Shown in pieces: positions 15,001 to 30,000 of a DNA stretch of 64,000 bases. A model generated the notes under the pieces. The model was not told the origin of the DNA. It was given only the letters and a program-made list of their open reading frames with translations, and did not search any database. Position 1 is the stretch's first letter; every line of letters starts with the position of its first letter. Source of the DNA: Octopus vulgaris (Eukaryota). The DNA is taken from the NCBI GenBank assembly GCA_951406725.2, contig OX597841.1, positions 20,894,001 through 20,958,000 on the forward strand, given 5' to 3'. Position numbers and translations under genes: made by a program.

Positions 15001-18000
15001 TGATGTGTGAACGAGGCTTGTTTGTATGGACGCATGATGTGTGAACGAGGCTTCTTTGTATGGAAGCATGATGTGTGAACGAGGCTTGTTCGTATGGACG
15101 CATGATGTGTGAACGAGGCTTGTTTGTATGGACGCATGATGTGTGATCGTTGCGAGTTTGTATGGACGCATGATGTTTGAACGAGGCTTGTTTCTCTGGA
15201 CGCATGATGTGTGAACGAGGCTTGTTGCTATGGACGCATGATGTGTGAACGAGGCTGGTTTGTATGGACGCATGATGTGTGATCCAGGCTTGTTTGTATG
15301 GACGCATGATGTGTGAACGAGGCTTGTTTCTATGGACGCATGATGAGTGAACGAGACTTGTCCGTATGGACGTATGATGTGTGCTCGAGGCTTCTTTGTA
15401 TGGACGCATGATGTGTGAACGAGGCTTGTATGTATGGACGCATGATGTGTGAACGAGGCTTGTTTGTATGGACGCATGATGTTTGAACGAGGCTTGTTTC
15501 TCTGGACGCATGATGTGTGAACGAGGCTTGTTTGTATGGACGCATGTTGTGAGAACGAGGCATGTTTTTATGGACGCATGATTTGTGAAAGAAGCTTCTT
15601 TGTATGAACGCATGATAAATGAACGAGGCTTCTTTGTATGGACGCATGATGTGTGAACGAGGCTTGTTTGTATGGACGCATGATTTGTGAACGAGCCTTG
15701 TTTGTATGGACGCATGATTTGTGAACGACGCTTCTTTGTATGGACGCATGATGTGTGAACGAGGCTTGTTTGTATGGACGCATGATGGGTTAACCAGGCT
15801 TCTTTGTATGGACTCATGATGTGTGAACGAGGCTTGTTTGTATGGACACATGATGTGTGAACGAGTCATGTTTGTATGGACGCATGATGTGTGAACGATG
15901 CTTGTTTGTATGGACGCATGATTTGTGATCGAGGCTTGTTTCAATGGACGCATGATTTGTGAATGAAGCCTGTTTGAATGGACGCATGATGTGTGAACGA
16001 GGCTTGTTTCTTTTGACGCATGATGTGTGAACGAGGCTTGTTTCTATGGAAGCATGATGTGTGAAAGCAGCTTCTTTGTATGGTTGCATGATGTCTGAAC
16101 GAGACTTGCTTGTATGGACGCATGATGTGTGAACGCGGCTTGTTTCTATGGACGCATGATGTGTGAACGAGGCTTGTTTCTATGGACGCATGATGTGTGA
16201 ACGAGGCATGTTTGTATGTACGCATGATGTGTGAACGAGGCTTGTTTGTATGGACCCATGATGGGTAAACGGGGCTTGTTTGTATGGACGCATGATGTGT
16301 GATCGAGGCTTGTTTGTATGGACGCATGATGTGTGAACGAGGCTTGTTTCTATGAACGCATGATTTGTGAACGAGGCTTCTTTGTATGGACGCATGATGT
16401 GTGAACAAGGCTTGTTTGTAGGGACGCATGATGTGTGAACGAGGCTTCTTTGAATGGACGCATGAAGTGTGAATGAGGCTTGTTTGTATGACGCATGATG
16501 TGTGAACGAGGATTGTTTGTATGGATTCATGATGTGTGAACGAGGCTTGTTTGTATGGACGCATGATGTGTGAACGAGGCTTGTTTGTATGGACGCATGA
16601 TGTGTGAACGAGGCATGTTTGTATGGACGCATGATGTGTGAACGATGCTTGTTTCTATGGACGCATGATGTGTGAACGATGCTTGTTTGTATGGACGCAT
16701 GATGTGTGAACGAGGCTAGTTTGTATGGACTCATGATGTTTGAAAGAGGCTTGTTTCTATGGACGCATGATGTGTGAACGAGGCATGTTTGTATGGACGC
16801 ATGATGTGTGAACGAGGCTTGTTTCTATGAACGCATGATTTGTGAACGAGGCTTGTTTGTATGGACGCATGATGTGTGAACAAGGCTTGTTTGTAGGGAC
16901 GCATGATGTGTCAACGAGGCTTGTTTGTATGGACGCATGATGTGTGAACGAGGCTTCTTTGAATGGACGCATGAAGCGTGAATGAGGCTTGTTTCTATGG
17001 ACGCATGATGTGTGAACGAGGCTTGTTTGTATGGACGCCTGATGTGTGAACGAGGCTTGTTTGTATGGACGCATGATGTGTGAACGAGGCTTCTTTGAAT
17101 GGACGCATGAAGTGTGAACGAGGCTTGTTTGTATGGACGCATGATGTGTGAACGATGCTTGTTTCTATGGACGCATGATGTGTGAACGATGCTTGTTTGT
17201 AATGACGCATGATGTGTGAACGAGGCTAGTTTGTATGGACTCATGATGTTTGAACGAGGCTTGTTTTTATGGACGCATGATGTGTGAACGAGGCTTGTTT
17301 GTATGGACGCATGATGTGTGAACGAGGCTTGTTTGCAAGGACGCATGATGTGTGATCGTGGCGTGTTTGTATGGACGCATGATGTTTGTACGAGGCTTCT
17401 TTCTCTGGACGCATGATGTGTTAACGCGGCATGTTTGTATGGACGCATGATATGTGAACGAGGCTTGTTTGTATGGACGCATGATTTGTGAACGAGGCTT
17501 GTTTGTATGGACGCATGATGTGTGAATGAGGCTTGTTTGTATGGAAGCATGATGTGTGAACGAGGCTTGTTTGTATGGACGCATTATGTGTGAACGAGGC
17601 TTGTTTGCAAGGACGCATGATGTGTGATCGTGGCGTGTTTGTATGGACGCATGATGTTTGTACGAGGCTTGTTTCTCTGGACGCATGATGTGTGAACGAG
17701 GCTTGTTGCTATGGACGCATGATGTGTTAACGAGGCTTGTTTGTATGGACGCATGATGTGTGATCCAGGCTTGTTTGTATGGACGCATGATGTGTGAACG
17801 AGGCTTGTTTCTATGGACGCATGATGTGTGAACGAGGCTTGTTTCTATGGACGCATGAAGTGTGAACGAGGCATGTTTGCCTGGACGCATTATGGGTTAA
17901 CGAGGCTTGTTTGTATAGACGCATGATTTGTTAAAGAAGTTTCTTTTTATGAACGCATGATGTGTGAACGAGGCTTGTTTGTAAGGACGCATGATGTGTG

Positions 18001-21000
18001 AACGAGGCCTGTTTCTATGGACTTATGATTTGTGAACGAGGCTTGTTTGTATGGATGCATGATGTGTGAACGAGGCTTATTTGTTTGGACGCATGATGTG
18101 CTAACGAGGCTTGTTTGTGTGGACGCATGATGTGTGAACGAGGCTTGTATGTATGGACGCAATATTTTTGAACAAGGTTTGTTTCTATGGACGCATGATG
18201 TGTGAACGAGGCTTGTTTGTATGGACCAATAATGTGTGAACGAGGCTTCTTTGTATGGACACATGATGTGTAAACGAGGCTTGTTTCTATGGACGCATGA
18301 TGTGTGAACGAGGCTTGTTTGTATGGACGCATGATGTGTGAACGAGGCTTGTTTGTATGGACGCATGATTTGTGAACGAGGCTTGTTTGTATGGACTCAT
18401 GATGTGTGAAAGAGGTTTGTTTGAATGGACGCATGATGTGTGAACGAGGCTTGTTTGTATGGACGCATGATGTGTGAACGAGGCTTCTTTGTATGGAAGC
18501 ATGATGTGTGAACGAGGCTTGTTTGTATGGACGCATGATGTGTGAACGAGGCTTGTTTGTATGGACGCATGATGTGTGATCGTTGCGAGTTTGTATGGAC
18601 GCATGATGTTTGAACGAGGCTTGTTTCTATGGACGCATGATGTGTGAACGAGGCTTGTTGCTATGGACGCATGATGTGTGAACGAGGCTGGTTTGTATGG
18701 ACGCATGATGTGTGATCCAGGCTTGTTTGTATGGACGCATGATGTGTGAACGAGGCTTGTTTCTATGGACGCATGATGTGTGAACGAGACTTGTCCGTAT
18801 GGACGTATGATGTGTGCTCGAGGCTTCTTTGTATGGACGCATGATGTGTGAACGAGGCTTGTATGTATGGACGCATGATGTGTGAACGAGGCTAGTTTGT
18901 ATGGACGCATGATTTGTGAACGAGCCTTGTTTGTATGGACGCATGATGTGTGAACGACGCTTCTTTGTATGGACGCATGATGTGTGAACGAGGCTTGTTT
19001 GTATGGACACATGATGTGTGAACGAGGCATGTTTGTATGGACGCATGATGTGTGAACGATGCTTGTTTGTATGGACGCATGATTTGTGATCGAGGCTTGT
19101 TTCAATGGACGCATGATTTGTGAATGAAGCCTGTTTGAATGGACGCATGATGTGTGAACGAGGCTTGTTTCTGTGGACGCATGATGTGTGAACGAGGCTT
19201 GTTTCTATGGAAGCATGATGTGTGAAAGAAGCTTCTTTGTATGGTTGCATGATGTCTGAACGAGACTTGCTTGTATGGACGCATGATGTGTGAACGCGGC
19301 TTATTTCTATGGACGCATGATGTGTGAACGAGGCTTGTTTCTATGGACGCATGATGTGTGAACGAGGCATGTTTGTATGTACGCATGATGTGTGAACGGG
19401 GCTTTTTTTTTTGGACCCATAATGTGTGAACGAGGCTTGTTTGTATGGACACATGATGTGTAAACGAGGCTTGTTTCTATGGACGCATGATGTGTGAACG
19501 AGGCTTGATTCTATGGACGCATGATGTGTGAACGAGGCATGTTTGTATGGACGCATGATGTGTGAACGAGGCTTGTTTGTATGGACGCATGATTTGTGAA
19601 CGAGGCTTGTTTGTATGGACTCATGATGTGTGAAAGAGTTTTGTTTGAATGGACGCATGATGTGTGAACGAGGCTTGTTTGTATGGACGCATGATGTGTG
19701 AACGAGGCTTCTTTGTATAGAAGCATGATGTGTGAACGAGGCTTGTTCTTATGGACGCATGATGTGTGAATGAGGCTTGTTTGTATGGACGCATGATGTG
19801 TGATCGTTGCGAGTTTGTATGGACGCATGATGTTTGAACGAGGCTTGTTTCTCTGGACGCATGATGTGTGAACGAGGCTTGTTGCTATGGACGCATGATG
19901 TGTGAACGAGGCTGGTTTGTATGGACGCATGATGTGTGATCCAGGCTTGTTTGTATGGACGCATGATGTGTGAACGAGGCTTGTTTCTATGGACGCATGA
20001 TGTGTGAACGAGACTTGTCCGTATGGACGTATGATGTGTGCTCGAGGCTTCTTTGCATGGACGCATGATGTGTGAACGAGGCTTGTATGTATGGACGCAT
20101 GATGTGTGAACGAGGCTTGTTTGTATATACGCATGATGTTTGAACGAGGCTTGTTTCTCTGGACGCATGATGTGTGAACGAGGCTTGTTTGTATGGACGC
20201 ATGTTGTGAGAACGAGGCATGTTTTTATGGACGCATGATTTGTGAAAGAAGCTTCTTTGTATGAACGCATGATGTGTGAACGAGGCTTGTTTGTATGGAC
20301 GCATGATGTGTGAACGAGGCTTGTTTGTATGGACGCATGATTTGTGAACGAGCCTTGTTTGTATGGACGCATGATTTGTGAACGAGGCTTCTTTGTATGG
20401 ACGCATGATGTGTGAACGAGGCTTGTTTGTATGGACGCATGATGGGTTAACAAGGCTTCTTTGTATGTACGCATGATGTGTGGACGAGGCTTGTTTGTAT
20501 GGACACATGATGTGTGAACGAGGCATGTTTGTATGGACGCATGATGTGTGAACGATGCTTGTTTGTATGGACGCATGATTTGTGATGGAGGCTTGTTTCA
20601 ATGGACGCATGATTTGTGAATGAAGCCTGTTTGAATGGACGCATGATGTGTGAACGAGGCTTGTTTCTGTGGACGCATGATGTGTGAACGAGGCTTGTTT
20701 CTATGGAAGCATGATGTGTGAAAGAAGCTTCTTTGTATGGTTGCATGATGTCTGAACGAGGCTTGCTTTGTATGGACGCATGATGTGTGAACGCGGCTTG
20801 TTTGTATGGACGCATGATGTGTGAATGAGGCTTGTTTCTATGGACGCATGATGTGTGAACGAGGCATGTTTGTGTGGACGCATGATGTGTGAACGAGGCT
20901 TGTTTGTATGGACCCATGTTGGGTTAACGAGGCTTGTTTGTATGGACGCATGATGTGTGATCGAGGCTTCTTTGTATGGACGCATGATGTGTGAACGAGG

Positions 21001-24000
21001 CTTGTTTCTATGAACGCATGATTTGTGAACGAGGCTTCTTTGTATGGACGCATGATGTGTGAACAAGGCTTGTTTGTAGGGACGCATGATGTGTGAACGA
21101 GGCTTGTTTGTATGGACGCATGATGTGTGAACGAGGCTTGTTTGTATGGACGCATGAAGTGTGAATGAGGCTTGTTTGTATGACGCATGATGTGTGAACG
21201 AGGCTTGTTTGTATGGACGCATGATGTGTGAACGAGGCTTGTTTGTATGGACGCCTGATGTGTGAACGAGGCTTGTTTGTATGGACGCATGATGTGTGAA
21301 CGAGGCTTGTTTGTATGGACGCCTGATGTTTGAAAGAGGCTTGTTTGTATGGACGCATGATGGGTTAACCAGGCTTCTTTGTATGGACTCATGATGTGTG
21401 AACGAGGCTTGTTTGTATGGACACATGATGTGTGAACGAGCCATGTTTGTATGGACGCATGATGTGTGAACGATGCTTGTTTGTATGGACGCATGATTTG
21501 TGAACGAGGCTTGTTTCAATGGACGCATGATTTGTGAATGAAGCCTTGTTTGAATGGACGCATGATGTGTGAACGAGGCTTGTTTCTTATGGACGCATGA
21601 TGTGTGAACGAGGCTTGTTTGTATGGAAGCATGATGTGTGAACGAGCTTGTTTGTATGGTTGCATGATGTGTGAACGAGGCTTGTTTGTATGGACGCATG
21701 ATGTGTGAACGAGGCTTGTTTTCTATGGACGCATGATGTGTGAACGAGGCTTGTTTCTATGGACGCATGATGTGTGAACGAGGCATGTTTGTATGGACGC
21801 ATGATGTGTGAACGAGGCTTGTTTGTATGGACCCATGATGGGTTAACGAGGCTTGTTTGTATGGACGCATGATGTGTGATCGAGGCTTGTTTGTATGGAC
21901 GCATGATGTGTGAACGAGGCTTGTTTCTATGAACGCATGATTTGTGAACGAGGCTTCTTTGTATGGACGCATGATGTGTGAACAAGGCTTGTTTGTAGGG
22001 ACGCATGATGTGTTAACGAGGCTTGTTTGTATGGACGCATGATGTTTGAACGAGGCTTCTTTGAATGGACGCATGAAGTGTGAATGAGGCTTGTTTGTAT
22101 GACGCATGATGTGTGAACGAGGATTGTTTGTATGGATTCATGATGTGTGAACGAGGCTTGTTTGTATGGACGCTTGATGTGTGAACGAGGCTTGTTTGTA
22201 TGGACGCATGATGTGTGAACGAGGATTGTTTGTATGGACGCATGATGTGTGAACGATGCTTGTTTCTATGGACGCATGATGTGTGAACGATGCTTGTTTG
22301 TATGGACGCATGATGTGTGAACGAGGCTTGTTTGTATGGACGCATGATGTTTGAACGAGGCTTGTTTCTATGGACGCATGATGTGTGAACGAGGCATGTT
22401 TGTATGGACGCATGATGTGTGAACGAGGCTTGTTTCTATGAACGCATGATTTGTGAACGAGGCTTGTTTGTATGGACGCATGATGTGTGAACAAGGCTTG
22501 TTTGTAGGGACGCATGATGTGTCAACGAGGCTTGTTTGTATGGACGCATGATGTGTGAACGAGGCTTCTTTGAATGGACGCATGAAGCGTGAATGAGGCT
22601 TGTTTCTATGGACGCATGATGTGTGAACGAGGCTTGTTTGTATGGACGCCTGATGTGTGAACGAGGCTTGTTTGTATGGACGCATGATGTGTGAACGAGG
22701 CTTCTTTGAATGGACGCATGAAGTGTGAACGAGGCTTGTTTGTATGGACGCATGATGTTTGAACGATGCTTGTTTCTATGGTATGGACGCATGATGTGTG
22801 AACGATGCTTGTTTGTAATGGACGCATGATGTGTGAACGAGGCTTGTTTGTATGGACGCATGATGTTTGAACGAGGCTTGTTTTTATGGACGCATGATGT
22901 GTGAACGAGGCATGTTTGTATGGACGCATGATGTGTGAACGAGGCTTGTTTGCAAGGACGCATGATGTGTGATCGTGGCGTGTTTGTATGGACGCATGAT
23001 GTTTGTACGAGGCTTCTTTCTCTGGACGCATGATGTGTTAACGCGGCATGTTTGTATGGACGCATGATATGTGAACGAGGCTTGTTTGTATGGACGCATG
23101 ATTTGTGAACGAAGCTTGTTTGTATGGACGCATGATGTGTGAAAGAGGCTTGTTTGTATGGACGCATGATGTGTGAACGAGGCTTGTTTGTATGGACGCA
23201 TTATGTGTGAACGAGGCTTGTTTGCAAGGACGCATGATGTGTGATCGTGGCGTGTTTGTATGGACGCATGATGTTTGTACGAGGCTTGTTTCTCTGGACG
23301 CATGATGTGTGAACGAGGCTTGTTGCTATGGACGCATGATGTGTTAACGAGGCTTGTTTGTATGGACGCATGATGTGTGATCCAGGCTTGTTTGTATGGA
23401 CGCATGATGTGTGAACGAGGCTTGTTTCTATGGACGCATGATGTGTGAACGAGGCTTGTTTCTATGGACGCATGAAGTGTGAACGAGGCATGTTTGCCTG
23501 GACGCATTATGGGTTAACGAGGCTTGTTTGTATAGACGCATGATTTGTTAAAGAAGTTTCTTTTTATGAACGCATGATGTGTGAACGAGGCTTGTTTGTA
23601 AGGACGCATGATGTGTGAACGAGGCCTGTTTCTATGGACTTATGATTTGTGAACGAGGCTTGTTTGTATGGATGCATGATGTGTGAACGAGGCTTATTTG
23701 TTTGGACGCATGATGTGCTAACGAGGCTTGTTTGTGTGGACGCATGATGTGTGAACGAGGCTTGTATGTATGGACGCAATATTTTTGAACAAGGTTTGTT
23801 TCTATGGACGCATGATGTGTGAACGAGGCTTTTTTTTTGGACCAATAATGTGTGAACGAGGCTTCTTTGTATGGACACATGATGTGTAAACGAGGCTTGT
23901 TTCTATGGACGCATGATGTGTGAACGAGGCTTGTTTGTATGGACGCATGATGTGTGAACGAGGCTTGTTTGTATGGACGCATGATTTGTGAACGAGGCTT

Positions 24001-27000
24001 GTTTGTATGGACTCATGATGTGTGAAAGAGGTTTGTTTGAATGGACGCATGATGTGTGAACAAGGCTTGTTTGTATGGACGCATGATGTGTGAACGAGGC
24101 TTCTTTGTATGGAAGCATGATGTGTGAACGAGGCTTGTTCGTATGGACGCATGATGTGTGAACGAGGCTTGTTTGTATGGACGCATGATGTGTGATCGTT
24201 GCGAGTTTGTATGGACGCATGATGTTTGAACGAGGCTTGTTTCTATGGGACGCATGATGTGTGAACGAGGCTTGTTGCTATGGACGCATGATGTGTGAAC
24301 GAGGCTGGTTTGTATGGACGCATGATGTGTGATCCAGGCTTGTTTGTATGGACGCATGATGTGTGAACGAGGCTTGTTTCTATGGACGCATGATGTGTGA
24401 ACGAGACTTGTCCGTATGGACGTATGATGTGTGCTCGAGGCTTCTTTGTATGGACGCATGATGTGTGAACGAGGCTTGTATGTATGGACGCATGATGTGT
24501 GAACGAGGCTAGTTTGTATGGACGCATGATTTGTGAACGAGCCTTGTTTGTATGGACGCATGATTTGTGAACGACGCTTCTTTGTATGGACGCATGATGT
24601 GTGAACGAGGCTTGTTTGTATGGACGCATGATGGGTTAACCAGGCTTCTTTGTATGGACTCATGATGTGTGAACGAGGCTTGTTTGTATGGACACATGAT
24701 GTGTGAACGAGGCATGTTTGTATGGACGCATGATGTGTGAACGATGCTTGTTTGTATGGACGCATGATTTGTGATCGAGGCTTGTTTCAATGGACGCATG
24801 ATTTGTGAATGAAGCCTGTTTGAATGGACGCATGATGTGTGAACGAGGCTTGTTTCTGTGGACGCATGATGTGTGAACGAGGCTTGTTTCTATGGAAGCA
24901 TGATGTGTGAAAGAAGCTTCTTTGTATGGTTGCATGATGTCTGAACGAGACTTGCTTGTATGGACGCATGATGTGTGAACGCGGCTTATTTCTATGGACG
25001 CATGATGTGTGAACGAGGCTTGTTTCTATGGACGCATGATGTGTGAACGAGGCATGTTTGTATGTACGCATGATGTGTGAACGAGGCTTTTTTTTTTGGA
25101 CCCATAATGTGTGAACGAGGCTTGTTTGTATGGACACATGATGTGTAAACGAGGCTTGTTTCTATGGACGCATGATGTGTGAACGAGGCTTGATTCTATG
25201 GACGCATGATGTGTGAACGAGGCATGTTTGTATGGACGCATGATGTGTGAACGAGGCTTGTTTGTATGGACGCATGATTTGTGAACGAGGCTTGTTTGTA
25301 TGGACTCATGATGTGTGAAAGAGTTTTGTTTGAATGGACGCATGATGTGTGAACGAGGCTTGTTTGTATGGACGCATGATGTGTGAACGAGGCTTCTTTG
25401 TATAGAAGCATGATGTGTGAACGAGGCTTGTTCGTATGGACGCATGATGTGTGAATGAGGCTTGTTTGTATGGACGCATGATGTGTGATCGTTGCGAGTT
25501 TGTATGGACGCATGATGTTTGAACGAGGCTTGTTTCTCTGGACGCATGATGTGTGAACGAGGCTTGTTGCTATGGACGCATGATGTGTGAACGAGGCTGG
25601 TTTGTATGGACGCATGATGTGTGATCCAGGCTTGTTTGTATGGACGCATGATGTGTGAACGCGGCTTGTTTCTATGGACGCATGATGTGTGAACGAGACT
25701 TGTCCGTATGGACGTATGATGTGTGCTCGAGGCTTCTTTGCATGGACGCATGATGTGTGAACGAGGCTTGTATGTATGGACGCATGATGTGTGAACGAGG
25801 CTTGTTTGTATATACGCATGATGTTTGAACGAGGCTTGTTTCTCTGGACGCATGATGTGTGAACGAGGCTTGTTTGTATGGACGCATGTTGTGAGAACGA
25901 GGCATGTTTTTATGGACGCATGATTTGTGAAAGAAGCTTCTTTGTATGAACGCATGATAAATGAACGAGGCTTCTTTGTATGGACGCATGATGTGTGAAC
26001 GAGGCTTGTTTGTATGGACGCATGATTTGTGAACGAGCCTTGTTTGTATGGACGCATGATTTGTGAACGACGCTTCTTTGTATGGACGCATGATGTGTGA
26101 ACGAGGCTTGTTTGTATGGACGCATGATGGGTTAACCAGGCTTCTTTGTATGGACTCATGATGTGTGAACGAGGCTTGTTTGTATGGACACATGATGTGT
26201 GAACGAGGCATGTTTGTATGGACGCATGATGTGTGAACGATGCTTGTTTGTATGGACGCATGATTTGTGATGGAGGCTTGTTTCAATGGACGCATGATTT
26301 GTGAATGAAGCCTGTTTGAATGGACGCATGATGTGTGAACGAGGCTTGTTTCTGTGGACGCATGATGTGTGAACGAGGCTTGTTTCTATGGAAGCATGAT
26401 GTGTGAAAGAAGCTTCTTTGTATGGTTGCATGATGTCTGAACGAGACTTGCTTGTATGGACGCATGATGTGTGAACGCGGCTTGTTTCTATGGACGCATG
26501 ATGTGTGAATGAGGCTTGTTTCTATGGACGCATGATGTGTGAACGAGGCATGTTTGTACGTACGCATGATGTGTGAACGAGGCTTGTTTGTATGGACCCA
26601 TGATGGGTAAACGAGGCTTGTTTGTATGGACGCATGATGTGTGATCGAGGCTTCTTTGTATGGACGCATGATGTGTGAACGAGGCTTGTTTCTATGAACG
26701 CATGATTTGTGAACGAGGCTTCTTTGTATGGACGCATGATGTGTGAACATGGCTTGTTTGTAGGGACGCATGATGTGTCAACGAGGCTTGTTTGTATGGA
26801 CGCATGATGTGTGAACGAGGCTTCTTTGAATGGACGCATGAAGTGTGAATGAGGCTTGTTTGTATGACGCATGATGTGTGAACGAGGATTGTTTGTATGG
26901 ATTCATGATGTGTGAACGAGGCTTGTTTGTATGGACGCCTGATGTGTGAACGAGGCTTGTTTGTATGGACGCATGATGTGTGAACGAGGCTTGTTTGTAT

Positions 27001-30000
27001 GGACGCCTGATGTTTGAAAGAGGCTTGTTTCTATGGACGCATGATGTGTGAACGAGGCATGTTTGTATGGACGCATGATGTGGAACGAGGCTTGTTTCTA
27101 TGAACGCATGATTTGTGAACGAGGCTTGTTTGTATGGACGAATGATGTGTGAACAAGGCTTGTTTGTAGGGACGCATGATGTGTCAACGAGGCTTGTTTG
27201 TATGGACGCATGATGTGTGAACGAGGCTTCTTTGAATGGACGCATGAAGTGTGAATGAGGCTTGTTTCTATGGACGCATGATGTGTGAACGAGGCTTGTT
27301 TGTATGGACGCCTGATGTGTGAACGAGGCTTGTTTGTATGGACGCATGATGTGTGAACGAGGCTTCTTTGAATGGACGCATGAAGTGTGAACGAGGCTTG
27401 TTTGTATGGACGCATGATGTGTGAACGATGCTTGTTTCTATGGACGCATGATGTGTGAACGATGCTTGTTTGTAATGACGCATGATGTGTGAACGAGGCT
27501 AGTTTGTATGGACTCATGATGTTTGAACGAGGCTTGTTTGTATGGACGCATGATGTGTGAACGAGGCTTGTTTCTATGGACGCATGATGTGTGAACGTGG
27601 CTTGTTTGTATGGACGCATGTTGTGAGAACGAGGCATGTTTGTATGGACGCATGATTTGTGAAAGAAGCTTCTTTGTATGAACGCATGATAAATGAACGA
27701 GGCTTCTTTGTATGGACGCATGAGGTGTGAACGAGGCTTGTTTGTATGGACGCATGATGTGTGAACGAGCCTTGTTTGTATGGACGCATGATTTGTGAAC
27801 GAGGCTTCTTTGTATGGACGCATGATGTGTGAACGAGGCTTTTTGTATGGACACATGATGTGTGAACGAGGCATGTTTGTATGGACGCATGATTTGTGAT
27901 CGTCGCTTGTTTCAATGGACGCATGATTTGTGAATGAAGCCTGTTTGAATGGACGCATGATGTGTGAACGAGGCTTTTTTCTGTGGACGCATGATGTGTG
28001 AACGAGGCTTGTTTCTATGGAAGCATGATGTGTGAAAGAAGCTTCTTTGTATGGTTGCATGATGTCTGAACGAGGCTTGCTTGTATGGACGCATGATGTG
28101 TGAACGCGGCTTGTTTCTATGGACGCATGATGTGTGAACGAGGCTTGTTTCTATGGACGCATGATGTGTGAACGAAGCATGTTTGTATGGACGCATGATG
28201 TGTGAACGAGGCTTGTTTCTATGGACCCAAGATGGGTAAACGAGGCTTGTTTGTATGGACGAATGATGTGTGATCGAGGCTTGTTTGTATGGACGCATGA
28301 TGTGTGAACGAGGCTTGTTTCTATGAACGCATGATTTGTGAACGAGGCTTGTTTGTATGGACGCATGATGTGTGAACAGGGCTTGTGTGTAGGGACGCAT
28401 GATGTGTCAACGAGGCTTGTTTGTATGGACGCATGATGTGTGAACGAGGCTTCTTTGAATGGACGCATAAAGTGTGAATGAGGCTGGTTTGTATGACGCA
28501 TGATGTGTGAACGAGGATTGTTTGTATGGATTCATGATGTGTGAACGGGACTTGTTTCTATGGACGCATGATGTGTGAACGAGGCTTGTTTGTATGGACG
28601 CATGATGTGTGAACGAGGCTTGTTTGTATGGACGCATGATGTGTGAACGAGGCTTGTTTGTATGGACGCATGATGTGTGAACGAGGCATGTTTGTATGGG
28701 CGCATGATGTGTGAACGATGCTTGTTTCTATGGACGCATGATGTGTGAACGATGCTTGTTTGTATGGACGCATGATGTGTGAACGAGGCTAGTTTGTATG
28801 GACTCATGATGTTTGAACGAGGCTTTTTCGTATGGACGCATGATGTGTGAACGAGGCATGTTTGTATGGACGCATGATGGGTTAACGAGGTTTATTTGTA
28901 TGAACGAATGATGTGTGAACGAAGCCTGTTTGTGTGGACGCATGATGTGAGAACGAGGCATGTTTGTACGGACGCATGATTTGTGAAAGAAGCTTCTTTG
29001 TATGAACGGATGATATGTGAACGAGGCTTCTTTGTATGGACGCATGATGTGTGAATGAGGCTTGTTTGTATGGGCGCATGATGTGTGAACGAGGCTTGTT
29101 TGTATGGACGCATGATGTGAGAACGAGGCTAGTTTCAATGGACGCATGATGTGTGAACGAGGCTTGTTTCTATGGACGTATGATGTGTGAACGATGCTTG
29201 TTTCTATGGACGCACCATGTGTGAACGAGGCTTGTTTCTATTGAAGCATGATGTGTGAACGAGGCTTGTTTGTTTGGATGCATGATGTGTAAAGATCTTT
29301 GTTTCTATGGACGCATGATGTGTGAACGAGGCTTGTTTGTTTGGACGCATGATATGTGAACGAGCCTTTTTTCTATGGACGCATGATGTGTGAACGAGGC
29401 TTGTTTGTATGGACGCATGTGACGTGAACGATGCTTGTTTCTATGTACGCATGATGTGTGAACGAGTCTTCTTTGTATGGAAGCATGATGTGTGAACGAG
29501 GCTTGTTTGTATGGACGCATGATGTATGAACGAGGCATGTTTGTATGGACGCATAATGTATGAACGAGGCTTGTTTGTATGGACGCACGATGTGTGAACG
29601 AGGCTTGTTTGTATGAACGCATGATGTGTGATCGAGGCTTGTTCGTATGGACGCATGATGTGTGATCGAGGCTTGTTTGTACGGATGCATGATGTGTGAA
29701 CGAGGCTTGTTTGTATGGATGCTTGATGGGATAACGAGGCTTGTTTATATGGACACATGATGTGTGAACGAGGCTTGTTTGTATGGACGCATGATGTGTG
29801 AACGAGGCTTCTTTGAATGGACGCATGAAGTGTGAACGAGGCTTGTTTGTATGGACGCATGATGTGTGAACGATGCTTGTTTCTATGGACGCATGATGTG
29901 TGAACGATGCTTGTTTGTAATGACGCATGATGTGTGAACGAGGCTAGTTTGTATGGACTCATGATGTTTGAACGAGGCTTGTTTGTATGGACGCATGATG

